This document shows, one piece after another, positions 18,551 to 27,820 of a stretch of DNA of 64,000 bases. The stretch is from an uncultured Prevotellaceae bacterium (GTDB taxonomy: Bacteria > Bacteroidota > Bacteroidia > Bacteroidales > Muribaculaceae), in the NCBI GenBank assembly GCA_900317325.1, contig ONGE01000001.1:161891-225890 (forward strand), read 5' to 3'. Position 1 is the stretch's first letter. Each line of letters begins with the position of its first letter. The translations under genes and the position numbers were made by a program. The notes beneath the pieces are model-generated. The model saw only the letters and a list, made by a program, of their open reading frames with translations. It searched no databases and was not told where the DNA came from.

Positions 18551-18979
18551 TCAAGCGGCAGATTCGTTTTTCTTGATGTAGAGGTACTTGGGATAGCGGC
18601 CCAGCACGAACAGCGTCACGGGGCAGAGCCAGATCTCGCGCTCAAAGCCTTCCAGTTCAGTGACGTTGTAGAACGAACCCCCTGTCAAGGAATGTTCGCC
18701 CTGAATCAGGCAAGCATAGCCGGGTTTATCGAGCGGCTTGTTGCTGGGGATGACACTGATGTGGGCAAACCTGTCGTCATCGCTCAGGAACTCGCACAGT
18801 TTGTCGGCTCCGGCCACCATCATCAGGTTGTGGTGGTCAAACGGCCAACCCGGAAAGTCAACATACCACTTCCCGTCTTCCTCGTGGTTGAACTGAAGAC
18901 TGTACTCATCACGGCGACCAAACACGCTGCGCGACATCACTTGTGCTCCATGGAGCAAATCATTGATTGAAAAAGACAT
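18551..18979 (-). CDS. DUF6717-like protein
   Basis: Start MSFSINDLL; WYVDFPGW, LMMVAGADKLCEFL, WLCPVTLFVLGRYPKYLY resemble DUF6717 as I recall it. Confidence 0.75.
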   Translation of the reverse strand: MSFSINDLLHGAQVMSRSVFGRRDEYSLQFNHEEDGKWYVDFPGWPFDHHNLMMVAGADKLCEFLSDDDRFAHISVIPSNKPLDKPGYACLIQGEHSLTGGSFYNVTELEGFEREIWLCPVTLFVLGRYPKYLYIKKNESAA

Positions 18980-19030
18980 AACAAAAAAGTTTATTAGGAT
19001 ATTAACCAAGTTTATTTCTCACCGATAGTG

Positions 19031-19153
19031 CAAAATTACATCATGTTTACATGCGGCTTCATTTTCTGCAACCTTGCCAAAATGTAATTATTACACATTG
19101 ACAAAACGAGCCGAAAATTTCAGGATCAACACAATGTGTAATATTTACACATT
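19031..19153 (-). promoter_or_regulatory. Promoter of the DUF6717-vWA/macro operon with two NrtR-type operators
   Basis: -7 box (CAAAATTA on + strand at 19031-19038); AAAATGTAATTATTACACATT 19079-19099 and AATGTGTAATATTTACACATT 19133-19153, both GT-N7-AC. Confidence 0.75.
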
Positions 19154-19230
19154 AAGCATTGATTTGCAATGTAGACCCCACCCGCTGTCACCGGGAAGAG
19201 TTCAAGTTGATTCAGTCACCTGCCACTGTG

Positions 19231-19962
19231 TCAGAATTCCAGGCGCATGCCTATCTTCTTGGCGCGGGCGTAGGCTTCCTCGTCAAAAGTGTACAACTTG
19301 GGAGAGCGGTGAGGGTTTCCTGTCACCTTTTTCCCGGTCTCCCTGATATACCCGAGTTTCAACATCTTTTTTTGAAAATTCCTTCGGTCACTGAGTTTAA
19401 TGTCATCCTCGGGCGGATCCAAAATAGCTTTATAAATATTATGTAACTGGGGCATTGTGAATTCCTTGTCAAGCAAGTGAAAACCAATGGGTTCAAAATG
19501 TATTCGTTGACGTAGTCGTTCCAGGGCCAGTTCGATGATCGCCTTGTGGTCAAAGGCCAGTTCAGGCAATTCCTTCACTGGGAACCACATGGCTTTGCTG
19601 GCATCGTCGCCGCCCTTGACGCGATACTTATCTTTTACCACAAGAGCAAAGAACGCAATGGTGATGACACGCTCACGGGGATCGCGGCCACGGTTCGAGA
19701 ACGTGTGGAACTCCTCCATATAGATGTCATCCACATCGGTCTCCTCACGCAACTCGCGATAAGCACAGGCCTCGGCGCTCTCATCCTCGGGACGCATGAA
19801 GCCGCCGGGCAGCGCCCACATATTCTTATAAGGTTCCAGGCCTCGCTGGATGAGCAGGACATTCAATTGCTCACCGTCAAAGCCCACAACCACCGAGTCG
19901 GTCGTCACGGCAGGATGCCAGTAAGGCGATTCCCATTGCTTGGTTTGCTCATTGTATTTCAT
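19231..19962 (-). CDS. nrtR: NrtR family transcriptional regulator (Nudix plus winged HTH)
   Basis: PAVTTDSVVVGFD, WALPGGF..RELREET Nudix box, RDPRERVITIA, LAFDH, FTMPQL...DRRNFQKKM...GNPHRSPKLY wHTH. Confidence 0.9.
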   Translation of the reverse strand: MKYNEQTKQWESPYWHPAVTTDSVVVGFDGEQLNVLLIQRGLEPYKNMWALPGGFMRPEDESAEACAYRELREETDVDDIYMEEFHTFSNRGRDPRERVITIAFFALVVKDKYRVKGGDDASKAMWFPVKELPELAFDHKAIIELALERLRQRIHFEPIGFHLLDKEFTMPQLHNIYKAILDPPEDDIKLSDRRNFQKKMLKLGYIRETGKKVTGNPHRSPKLYTFDEEAYARAKKIGMRLEF

Positions 19963-19974
19963 CGTCAATTACCC

Positions 19975-20049
19975 TTTGTGTATTTTTTACACTGCAAAAA
20001 TAATGCCAATTTTTCTAACCACCAAATATTTTTGTGTATTTTTTACACT
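19975..20049 (-). promoter_or_regulatory. nrtR promoter with two identical autoregulatory operators
   Basis: TTTGTGTATTTTTTACACT at 19975-19993 and 20031-20049 (GTGTA-N5-TACAC, i.e. GT-N7-AC); -7 box 19995-20002 and -33 box 20023-20026 with a 20-bp spacer on the minus strand. Confidence 0.8.
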
Positions 20050-20253
20050 TTAATAAATAACACTACTGATTTTCAATAAGTTAGAAACCTATGTCATCTG
20101 ACATGCCAATAAAGCACATGACAGCAGCTGTCATGCGGCATTCTACCCCCTTGTAAACAATGTGTCAAAAGAATGTAGATAACGGCTGTGTGCAGATTCA
20201 AGCATTTTCATTAATTTTGCACTCACGAAAAAAACAGAACCGAATTTTATATA

Positions 20254-21822
20254 ATGGAAGAATTTGAAGTAGGCAAACAGGCACGTCGCCGCACGCGCCC
20301 CACGCATGAGCCCGAAATCGTCAGCGAGTTCGGCAAGTTGCCCCCGCAGGACACCTCGCTCGAGGATGCCGTGCTTGGTGCCATCATGCTCGAGAAAGAC
20401 GCTTATAACAATGTGTGCGAGATTCTCAAGCCCGAGGCATTCTACAACCCTGCCAACCAGAAGATCTACGAAGCCATCCAGTCGCTCGCGGCCGAAGGCA
20501 AGCCCATCGACATGCTCACCGTGACCGATAAGTTGCGTGCCAACAAGGTGCTCGACGAGGTGGGCGGCGCCATCCGCATCAGCGAGTTGACAGGCCTGGT
20601 GTCAAGTGCTGCCAATGCCGAGTTCCACGCCCGCATCGTGGCGCAGAAGTACCTTGCCCGCGAGCTCATCAGCTACAGCAGCCAGGTGCAAGCACTCGCT
20701 TTCGACGACTCCATCGATGTGTATGACCTGATGCAAGAGGCCGAGGGCAAACTTTTTGAAATCAGCAAGAACACCCTCAAGCGCGACGTCATTCCCATCG
20801 AGAACGCCGTCCAGGACGCCATCAAGAAGATCGAGGAGGCCGCTAACCGCGAGAGCGGCATGAGTGGTCTGGAATCAGGCTTCTACAAGCTGGACCGCCT
20901 GACCAGCGGCTGGCAAAACAGTGACCTGATCATCATCGCGGCGCGCCCTGCCATGGGTAAAACGGCTTTTGTCCTGTCGATGGCCAAGAACATGGCTGTG
21001 GAATACAACCACCCCGTCGCCGTGTTCTCGCTCGAGATGTCGAGTCTACAGCTGGTGAACCGCCTCATCAGCAACGTGTGCTCGCTCGAGGGTGAAAAAA
21101 TCAAGAGCGGCCAGCTCAGCCAGCCCGAGTGGGAGAACCTGATGACACGCACCCGCAGCCTGAGTACCGCACCCCTGTATATCGACGACACCCCCTCGCT
21201 GTCCATCTTTGAGTTGAGGACCAAGGCACGCCGCCTGGTGCGTGAGCACGGCGTCAAGATTATCATCATCGACTACCTGCAGCTGATGAACGCCACGGGC
21301 ATGAAGTTCGGCAGCCGCGAGCAAGAGGTGAGCACCATCTCGCGTAACCTCAAGCAGCTCGCCAAGGAGCTGGACATCCCCATCATCGCATTGTCACAGC
21401 TCAACCGCAGTGTGGAGACCCGTGCCGTCGACGACAAGATGGGCAAGCGCCCGCAGCTGAGCGACTTGCGCGAGTCGGGAGCCATCGAGCAGGATGCCGA
21501 CATCGTGTGCTTCATCCACCGTCCCGAGTACTACCTGAAGTCGGGAGTTGACGCCGAGGGCAACGACATCCGCGGCATGGCCGAGTTTATCGTCGCCAAG
21601 CACCGCAGCGGTGCCACCGACACCATCAACCTGCACTTCGTGAGCAAGTATGCCCGCTTCGAGAACGACAACGAGAAAGACCTCGTGGGCGGCGAGACCA
21701 CCTACGAGTCCAAGATGAACACCGGAACAACTGGCGCCTCGCCTGTAGCCGACGGCTTCACCCCACCGCCCCCCAATGTCGATTTCCTTCAAGGTCCCGA
21801 AGACAAAGACCAACCCTTCTAG
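20254..21822 (+). CDS. dnaB: Replicative DNA helicase
   Basis: LPPQD..LEDAVLGAIMLE, IIAARPAMGKT Walker A, FSLEMS, IIIDYLQLM, ALSQLNR, SDLRESGAIEQDAD. Confidence 0.97.
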   Translation: MEEFEVGKQARRRTRPTHEPEIVSEFGKLPPQDTSLEDAVLGAIMLEKDAYNNVCEILKPEAFYNPANQKIYEAIQSLAAEGKPIDMLTVTDKLRANKVLDEVGGAIRISELTGLVSSAANAEFHARIVAQKYLARELISYSSQVQALAFDDSIDVYDLMQEAEGKLFEISKNTLKRDVIPIENAVQDAIKKIEEAANRESGMSGLESGFYKLDRLTSGWQNSDLIIIAARPAMGKTAFVLSMAKNMAVEYNHPVAVFSLEMSSLQLVNRLISNVCSLEGEKIKSGQLSQPEWENLMTRTRSLSTAPLYIDDTPSLSIFELRTKARRLVREHGVKIIIIDYLQLMNATGMKFGSREQEVSTISRNLKQLAKELDIPIIALSQLNRSVETRAVDDKMGKRPQLSDLRESGAIEQDADIVCFIHRPEYYLKSGVDAEGNDIRGMAEFIVAKHRSGATDTINLHFVSKYARFENDNEKDLVGGETTYESKMNTGTTGASPVADGFTPPPPNVDFLQGPEDKDQPF

Positions 21823-21929
21823 AAGGAATTAGAATGAGATAAACCGGGATTCTATAAGAAGATTCAAGAGTTTATACTATTTTTGCGGTCTGGAAGTTAA
21901 CATACAACCTAAACTATAGTTTAATTATA

Positions 21930-23954
21930 ATGAAAAAGATGTTATTAGCTATGGCCATAATGATGGCTGCAGTGCCTGGTGTGCAGGCACAAGTAACACA
22001 CGGCGTCACGCGCGCCGACATGGACCTGAGCGTAAAGCCGGGTGATGATTTCTACGAGTATGCCGGTGGTGGCTGGATGAAAGCCAACCCGCTGAGCAAG
22101 CATCCCGAGTATGCCAGCTATGGCGTGTTCAATGTTCTCGCCGAGGAGAACGAGAACCGCCTGCGCGACATGTTCCTGGAACTGGGCAAGACCGAGCACA
22201 AGTTTGGCACCGTGGACCAGAAAGTCGCCGACCTGTACAAGATGGCCATGGACAGTGACCGCCTGAACCGTGAAGGCGTACAACCGCTGTTGCCCGACCT
22301 GGCCAAACTCAAAGCGTTCAAGAAGGCCGACTTGACCCGTTTCATTGCCGACCAGCACTTGACGCTGAGCAACCCGTTCTTCAGCATCGGCGTGGAGACC
22401 GATCTCAAGAACAGTGACATGAACGTGATGTGGCTCGAAGCCGGTACCAGTGGTCTGCCCGACAGGGACTACTACCTGAACACCGATGCCGACAGCAAGA
22501 AGATCCAGCAGGCCTACAAGAACTTCCTGGTGAAGATGTTCACCCTTGCCGGTTACAGCAAGAAGGAGGCTAACCGCGCCTGCAAGACCATCTACGACAT
22601 TGAGTACAAGTTCGCCCAGGCCAAGATGGACCGCGCCGAGGCCCGTGACTACACCAAGCTCTACAACATCCGCACCCTCGACCAGCTGCAGGCCGACTAT
22701 CCCGCCATCAACTGGAAGGAGTACTTCAACCTGATGGGCACGCCCACCGTGGAATGGGTTATCCTGACCCAGCCCAAGGTGATGGCAGTTGCCAACGACC
22801 TGATGACCAAGCTCAACGAGCAGCAGATGCGTGACTACATGGCAGGACTGATCATCCGTGGCGCCGCCAACTACTTGAGCGACGACTTCGGTGAGGCCTC
22901 ATTTGACTTCTATGGCCGCACCCTGAGCGGACAGAAGGAGCGCAAGCCTCGCTGGAAACGCGCCTTGGGTCTGCCCAACGGACTGCTCGGCGAAGCTGTC
23001 GGTGAGGTTTACGTGAGCAAGTACTTTGCCCATGGCAGCAAGGAGAAAATGATGAAGCTCATCAACGAGCTGCGCAAGTCGCTGGCCGCCCACATCGCCG
23101 GCCTGACTTGGATGAGCGAGCAGACCAAGATCAACGCCCTGGTGAAGCTCAACGCCTTCACCGTCAAGATCGGTTATCCCGACAAGTGGCGCGACTACAG
23201 CGGCCTGCAGGTTGATCCCAGCAAGAGCATGTATGAGAACATCAAGGCTGCCAGCCTGTATGAGACCCGTCGCAACCTCGACAAGATGGGCAAGCCCGTT
23301 GATAAGGACGAATGGGGCATGACACCGCAAACGGTGAACGCCTACTACAACCCCACCACCAACGAGATCTGCTTCCCCGCCGCCATCCTGCAACCTCCCT
23401 TCTTTGACGTGGAGGCCGACGATGCCACCAACTTCGGTGCCATCGGTGTTGTGATTGGCCACGAGATGACCCACGGCTTTGACGATCAGGGCCGCATGTT
23501 CGACCAGTACGGCAACATGACCGACTGGTGGACCGAGGAGGACAGCAAGCAGTTCCAAGAGACCGCCGAGAAACTCGCTGAGCAGTTCGACCAACTCATC
23601 GTCGTTAAAGACCAGCATGCCAACGGTCACCTGACCCTGGGTGAGAACATCGCCGACCAGGGTGGCCTGCGCATCGCCTACGATGCTTTCAAAACGACGC
23701 AGCAGTTCCGCGAGGGCAAGAAGATTGATGGTTTCACACCCGAACAGCGCTTCTACCTGAGCTACGGCCGCATCTGGGCCAACAACATGACCGAGGAAGC
23801 CATCTTCCAGCAGACCAAGAGTGATCCCCACTCCATCGGTCGCTACCGCGTGAACGCCACGCTGAGGAACATCGACACCTTCTTTGACGCCTTCGGCATC
23901 AAGGCTGGTGACAAGATGTGGCTCGATCCCGCCGACCGTGCCATCATTTGGTAA
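21930..23954 (+). CDS. M13 family metalloendopeptidase (PepO/neprilysin-like)
   Basis: Signal peptide; VKPGDDFYEYA, VNAYYNP, HEMTH zinc motif, GENIAD, YRVN. Confidence 0.95.
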   Translation: MKKMLLAMAIMMAAVPGVQAQVTHGVTRADMDLSVKPGDDFYEYAGGGWMKANPLSKHPEYASYGVFNVLAEENENRLRDMFLELGKTEHKFGTVDQKVADLYKMAMDSDRLNREGVQPLLPDLAKLKAFKKADLTRFIADQHLTLSNPFFSIGVETDLKNSDMNVMWLEAGTSGLPDRDYYLNTDADSKKIQQAYKNFLVKMFTLAGYSKKEANRACKTIYDIEYKFAQAKMDRAEARDYTKLYNIRTLDQLQADYPAINWKEYFNLMGTPTVEWVILTQPKVMAVANDLMTKLNEQQMRDYMAGLIIRGAANYLSDDFGEASFDFYGRTLSGQKERKPRWKRALGLPNGLLGEAVGEVYVSKYFAHGSKEKMMKLINELRKSLAAHIAGLTWMSEQTKINALVKLNAFTVKIGYPDKWRDYSGLQVDPSKSMYENIKAASLYETRRNLDKMGKPVDKDEWGMTPQTVNAYYNPTTNEICFPAAILQPPFFDVEADDATNFGAIGVVIGHEMTHGFDDQGRMFDQYGNMTDWWTEEDSKQFQETAEKLAEQFDQLIVVKDQHANGHLTLGENIADQGGLRIAYDAFKTTQQFREGKKIDGFTPEQRFYLSYGRIWANNMTEEAIFQQTKSDPHSIGRYRVNATLRNIDTFFDAFGIKAGDKMWLDPADRAIIW

Positions 23955-23961
23955 AGTATGA

Positions 23962-24081
23962 TTCAAGGTCTGAAGCGCAACGCGCACTTCAGACCTTGAA
24001 GTTTAGAGTTTAGTGGTTAGAGTTTAGAGACGAAACTCTATACATAAGCAATCAAGTCCCGGGATTTCCGGGACTTGATTG
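23962..24081. terminator. Two strong hairpins separated by a 7-nt-period tract, between convergent genes
   Basis: 14-bp perfect stems at 23962-24000 and 24049-24081. Confidence 0.7.
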
Positions 24082-24110
24082 TTTATAGTGACTATTGTTA
24101 CTATAGATTT

Positions 24111-24881
24111 CTACAGCTTGAGGTTGAAGAGGGCGGCGGCGTTGCGGTCGGTAGCGGCGCTGACGGCCTCGGGGGAGACACCTAACGTCTTTGCGATGAA
24201 GTCGTTGATGTGGGGAATATAGGCGCTCTCGTTGCGCTTGCCGCGGTGGGGAACCGGGGTCAAGTAGGGAGCATCGGTTTCCAGCAGCAGGCGGTCAAGA
24301 CCGATGACAGGCAACAACTGGGGCACGGTGCTCTTCTTGAAAGTGACCACACCGTTAACGCCGAAGTAAAAATCCCCCCTGCGGCGGACTCGCTCAACGT
24401 CGGCAGGCGTTTCGGCAAAGCAGTGAAACACACCTCGCGGCACGGGACAGTCCAGATGGTCGATGACGTCGAGAATGTCGTCAAGGGCCTCGCGGCAATG
24501 CATGATGAAAGGCACACCCATCTCGTGACACCAGTGCAACTGGATGTCAAGAGCATGATGCTGCTGCTCGCGCCAGGTTTTATCCCAATAGAGGTCAATG
24601 CCTATTTCGCCGATGGCCACAACAGGATACTGGTCAAGCATCGGGCGCATCTTGCCGAGCACGTCGAGGTAATCGTCATGCACATCCTCGGGATGCAGAC
24701 CCAGCGTCATAGAAATGTAGTCGGGATACTGCTCATGCATCGCGGCAAGGCGCGGCACGCTCTCCAGATTCTCGTTGGGCAGGATGATGTGACGCACACC
24801 TGCTTCACGAGCCCGCTGAACGACCTCTACCCTATCCTCGTCAAATGCATCGCAATAAATATGTGAATGACTGTCGATCAT
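24111..24881 (-). CDS. tatD: TatD family hydrolase
   Basis: MIDSHSH, GLHP, AIGEIGIDLYW, HCR, HCF, LLETDAPYL. Confidence 0.93.
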   Translation of the reverse strand: MIDSHSHIYCDAFDEDRVEVVQRAREAGVRHIILPNENLESVPRLAAMHEQYPDYISMTLGLHPEDVHDDYLDVLGKMRPMLDQYPVVAIGEIGIDLYWDKTWREQQHHALDIQLHWCHEMGVPFIMHCREALDDILDVIDHLDCPVPRGVFHCFAETPADVERVRRRGDFYFGVNGVVTFKKSTVPQLLPVIGLDRLLLETDAPYLTPVPHRGKRNESAYIPHINDFIAKTLGVSPEAVSAATDRNAAALFNLKL

Positions 24882-24969
24882 CTTCTTTCATTCAGACAAT
24901 TTGGACAACATTTAACTACAAAAATCAAGCGTAGCAACCGTTGTCCTTAAGTTGTTCTGGTTGTTCTGA

Positions 24970-25935
24970 TTAATAGTTTCGTCCTGAGAGTCGATTGGCA
25001 AGGGCGATGAAGGCCGACTTGTCGTCATCGCTTATTTTCAACTGGCTGAAGGCAGCGACAGCCCGGTCGTTATAGTGGGCGATGGCATCTTCGGCCAGTT
25101 GGCGAACGCCCAGACGCTCATACAGCGATGTCACGCCATGGACCTTATCGTCGCGGATGGCATACTGGTCGTTGAGCCAGTGGCGCAGTTCATCGGCATC
25201 ATCACCCTGGGCGAGCTGCATGGTGTTGATGAGCAAGAAGGTCTTCTTGTTGTTCATGATATCGCCACCGATTTCCTTGCCGAAGGTCTCGGGATTGCCC
25301 CACACGTCCAGCACATCATCCCTGAGCTGGAAAGCTAGGCCCATGTTCACGCCGGCTTCATATATCAGGTTGGCCTGCTGTTCATCGGCATCGGCGATGA
25401 GGGCTCCGGTCTTGAGAGCACAACCCAGCAGGACAGAAGTCTTCAAGCGTATCATGTTGATGTACTCATCGACCGAGACGTCGTTGCGGTTCTCATAGTC
25501 CATGTCCCATTGCTGACCCTCGTAGATCTCGATGGCGGTCTTGTTGAACAGGTCCATCACTTGCCAGTTGGCCGTGCGCGCGATATACTGGGTGGCAATC
25601 GTGAGCATGGTGTCACCACTCAAGATGGCGGTATTGTCGTTCCAGCGGCAGTGCACGGTGGGCTTGCCACGGCGCACGTCGGCATTGTCCATTACATCGT
25701 CGTGCAAGAGCGTGAAGTTGTGGAACATCTCCAAGCCGAGGGCAGCATCGATGGCGAGAGCCGAGTCACCGCCCATCGCATCACAAGCCATGAGCGTCAA
25801 CACCGGACGAACGCGCTTGCCGCCCAATGCCATGTGATAAGCAATCGGCTCATACAACTGGTCAGGTGACGCGGGATAAGGAATGGCAGCAATAGCCTGG
25901 TTAACAGCGTCAAGATATTCTTGGAAAGTTTTCAT
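24970..25935 (-). CDS. Polyprenyl diphosphate synthase (IspA/GGPP synthase-like)
   Basis: GGKRVRP, HNFTLLHDDVMD..RRG, EGQQWDM, KTSVL, AFQLRDDVLD. Confidence 0.93.
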   Translation of the reverse strand: MKTFQEYLDAVNQAIAAIPYPASPDQLYEPIAYHMALGGKRVRPVLTLMACDAMGGDSALAIDAALGLEMFHNFTLLHDDVMDNADVRRGKPTVHCRWNDNTAILSGDTMLTIATQYIARTANWQVMDLFNKTAIEIYEGQQWDMDYENRNDVSVDEYINMIRLKTSVLLGCALKTGALIADADEQQANLIYEAGVNMGLAFQLRDDVLDVWGNPETFGKEIGGDIMNNKKTFLLINTMQLAQGDDADELRHWLNDQYAIRDDKVHGVTSLYERLGVRQLAEDAIAHYNDRAVAAFSQLKISDDDKSAFIALANRLSGRNY

Positions 25936-25977
25936 ATGTGAGTCAAGAGTTTAGTGTAAATGGAGATGAGATAAAAA

Positions 25978-26628
25978 TCATTTTAGAGCAGCCTTATAGG
26001 CATTCTCGAATGAATTGAAGTCGGCTGGCGTGTAGAGTTCACGCAGGATGTCGATACGGGCATTGATGTCGGCCATGTCGGCACCCGGCTGATTGGCATC
26101 GGCTGCAAGGGCAGAGCCCAGAGCTGCAGGACGTGACGACTGGACATAGACATTCATCTGCTCGGGCACGGGAAGGCCATCGACAATGGCTTGCATCGTG
26201 CTGTCAAAGACCTGGACATGACGTTCGTAGCCCACGGTGTAGCACAACCAGTGGATGAGCGATACATAGTCGGCAGCCGAGTCGGTGTCGAACTGACGCA
26301 GTCGCAGCAGCTCAATCATCTGTGGGCACTTGAGTTGGGCCAACTCGCGCGGATCCAGCACTATGACGTGGGCGGCCTGGGTCAACGAGTCACGACCATC
26401 GGCCAGCAAGGGAGCGGCAAAAGCACGATTTGCCGCCTTGACCTCCCACGGCCAGCGCAGGCTGTCGGCACGCAAGGCGTTGAATCGGTTCACCACCTGA
26501 TGCATCGCTGCCGTGTCGCCCCATGCAGCCAGGAACTCACGTCCTGCGGCCTCGCCGCGCTTGCTGGCGCCGCCACAGGCGGTCAACAGCATCATCAGGC
26601 CCATCAATATCAGCGGTAGTCGTTTCAT
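25978..26628 (-). CDS. Hypothetical lipoprotein
   Basis: MKRLPLILMGLMMLLTAC lipobox; helical body. Confidence 0.75.
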   Translation of the reverse strand: MKRLPLILMGLMMLLTACGGASKRGEAAGREFLAAWGDTAAMHQVVNRFNALRADSLRWPWEVKAANRAFAAPLLADGRDSLTQAAHVIVLDPRELAQLKCPQMIELLRLRQFDTDSAADYVSLIHWLCYTVGYERHVQVFDSTMQAIVDGLPVPEQMNVYVQSSRPAALGSALAADANQPGADMADINARIDILRELYTPADFNSFENAYKAALK

Positions 26629-26933
26629 TTCTTCTCGTCAGGGAAAATCGAGTTATACAATGGGCGGTCCTTCTCCTTGAGATAGGAACGGAAGGCCTCG
26701 TCAAACGCGCGCACAGCCGCCGAGTCCCGTTTCAAGGCATAGACGCTCTGCTTGGCCTTGGCATCCATGACAGCTCGCTCCATCGACATGGTGTCGGTGT
26801 GGTCCACCGCTACCAGTGCGGCGGCGGCTCTCATTCCGCTATCGCGAGCCTCGGCATCCAGCGGCGACTTTTTTTCGCCGCAAGCACTCATCAGCACCAT
26901 TAAAGCTGCCACCAAATAAAGCAGATGTTTCAT
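26625..26933 (-). CDS. Hypothetical lipoprotein
   Basis: Start MKHLLYLVAALMVLMSAC lipobox; 4-bp overlap with the next gene. Confidence 0.75.
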   Translation of the reverse strand: MKHLLYLVAALMVLMSACGEKKSPLDAEARDSGMRAAAALVAVDHTDTMSMERAVMDAKAKQSVYALKRDSAAVRAFDEAFRSYLKEKDRPLYNSIFPDEKK

Positions 26934-27090
26934 CGTCCAGAAATTGTTTTGCCACAAAATTACAAATAATTGGCACACACATCCATTCTCGCCGGTGTTT
27001 TTATGCTTTTTTTTCATAATCTGTGTCGTTGAAAAAGCGATGCAGGTTGGAATTTTTATATATCTTTGTGCTTTAGAATTGCATTTAGTC

Positions 27091-27807
27091 ATGCTGGAGG
27101 CCGGTTTATACCTGATTCCCACTCAGTTGAGCGAAGTGCCGATGGAGAGGGTGTTACCCGCTCACAACATTGAGGTTGTGCGCGGGATAAGGTATTTTGT
27201 GGTCGAGAGTGTGCGTTCGGCACGCCGTTTTCTCAAAAAATGTGACCGCGACATCGATATCGACAGCCTCACCTTCAACGAGCTCAACGAGCACTCCGAC
27301 TTGAGCGACACAGCGGCAATCGAGGCGCTGCTGGCTCCCATCGCCCGTGGCGAGGCCGTAGGCGTGATCAGCGATGCCGGCTGCCCTGCCGTTGCCGATC
27401 CCGGCGCCGATCTGGTGGCCATTGCTCAACGTCGCGGTTACAAGGTGATACCGCTCGTGGGCCCGTCGAGCATCCTGATGAGCCTGATGGCCTCGGGGTT
27501 CAACGGCCAGCGCTTTGCCTTCGAGGGCTATCTGCCGGTTGACGGTCAGGCCCGCCAAGCGCGCCTCAAGGAGATGACACGCCGCATCGAGCGTGAAGGC
27601 CAAACCCAGATTTTCATCGAGGCCCCTTATCGCAACAACCAGCTCATTGCCGACCTGGTCAAGCATCTGCCCGCCGGCATGCGGCTGTGCGTTGCCAGCG
27701 ACATCACCGGCGAGCGACAGGAAATCATCACCCGCACCCTCGGCGAGTGGAAGCGGGCACAGTATGACTATCACAAGATACCCACCATCTTCTTACTGTA
27801 TCAGTAA
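27091..27807 (+). CDS. SAM-dependent methyltransferase, tetrapyrrole methylase/RsmI-like family
   Basis: LYLIPT, GVISDAGCPAVADPG, PLVGPSSI, FAFEGYLP, QIFIEAPYRN. Confidence 0.88.
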   Translation: MLEAGLYLIPTQLSEVPMERVLPAHNIEVVRGIRYFVVESVRSARRFLKKCDRDIDIDSLTFNELNEHSDLSDTAAIEALLAPIARGEAVGVISDAGCPAVADPGADLVAIAQRRGYKVIPLVGPSSILMSLMASGFNGQRFAFEGYLPVDGQARQARLKEMTRRIEREGQTQIFIEAPYRNNQLIADLVKHLPAGMRLCVASDITGERQEIITRTLGEWKRAQYDYHKIPTIFLLYQ

Positions 27808-27820
27808 AAAACCGCACGTT

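Noticed and set aside
11671-19962. The accessory-looking region as a prophage or integrative element
   Set aside because: No integrase, transposase, att-like flanking repeats or phage structural genes; the GH31, vWA and nrtR genes have host-like codon usage
19079-20049. Short repeats as a degenerate CRISPR array
   Set aside because: Only pairs of 19-21 bp palindromes, no run of repeat-spacer units and no cas genes; they fit operator sites
20174-20182. DnaA-box-like TGTAGATAA upstream of dnaB as an origin
   Set aside because: A single mismatched box with no cluster is not evidence for oriC
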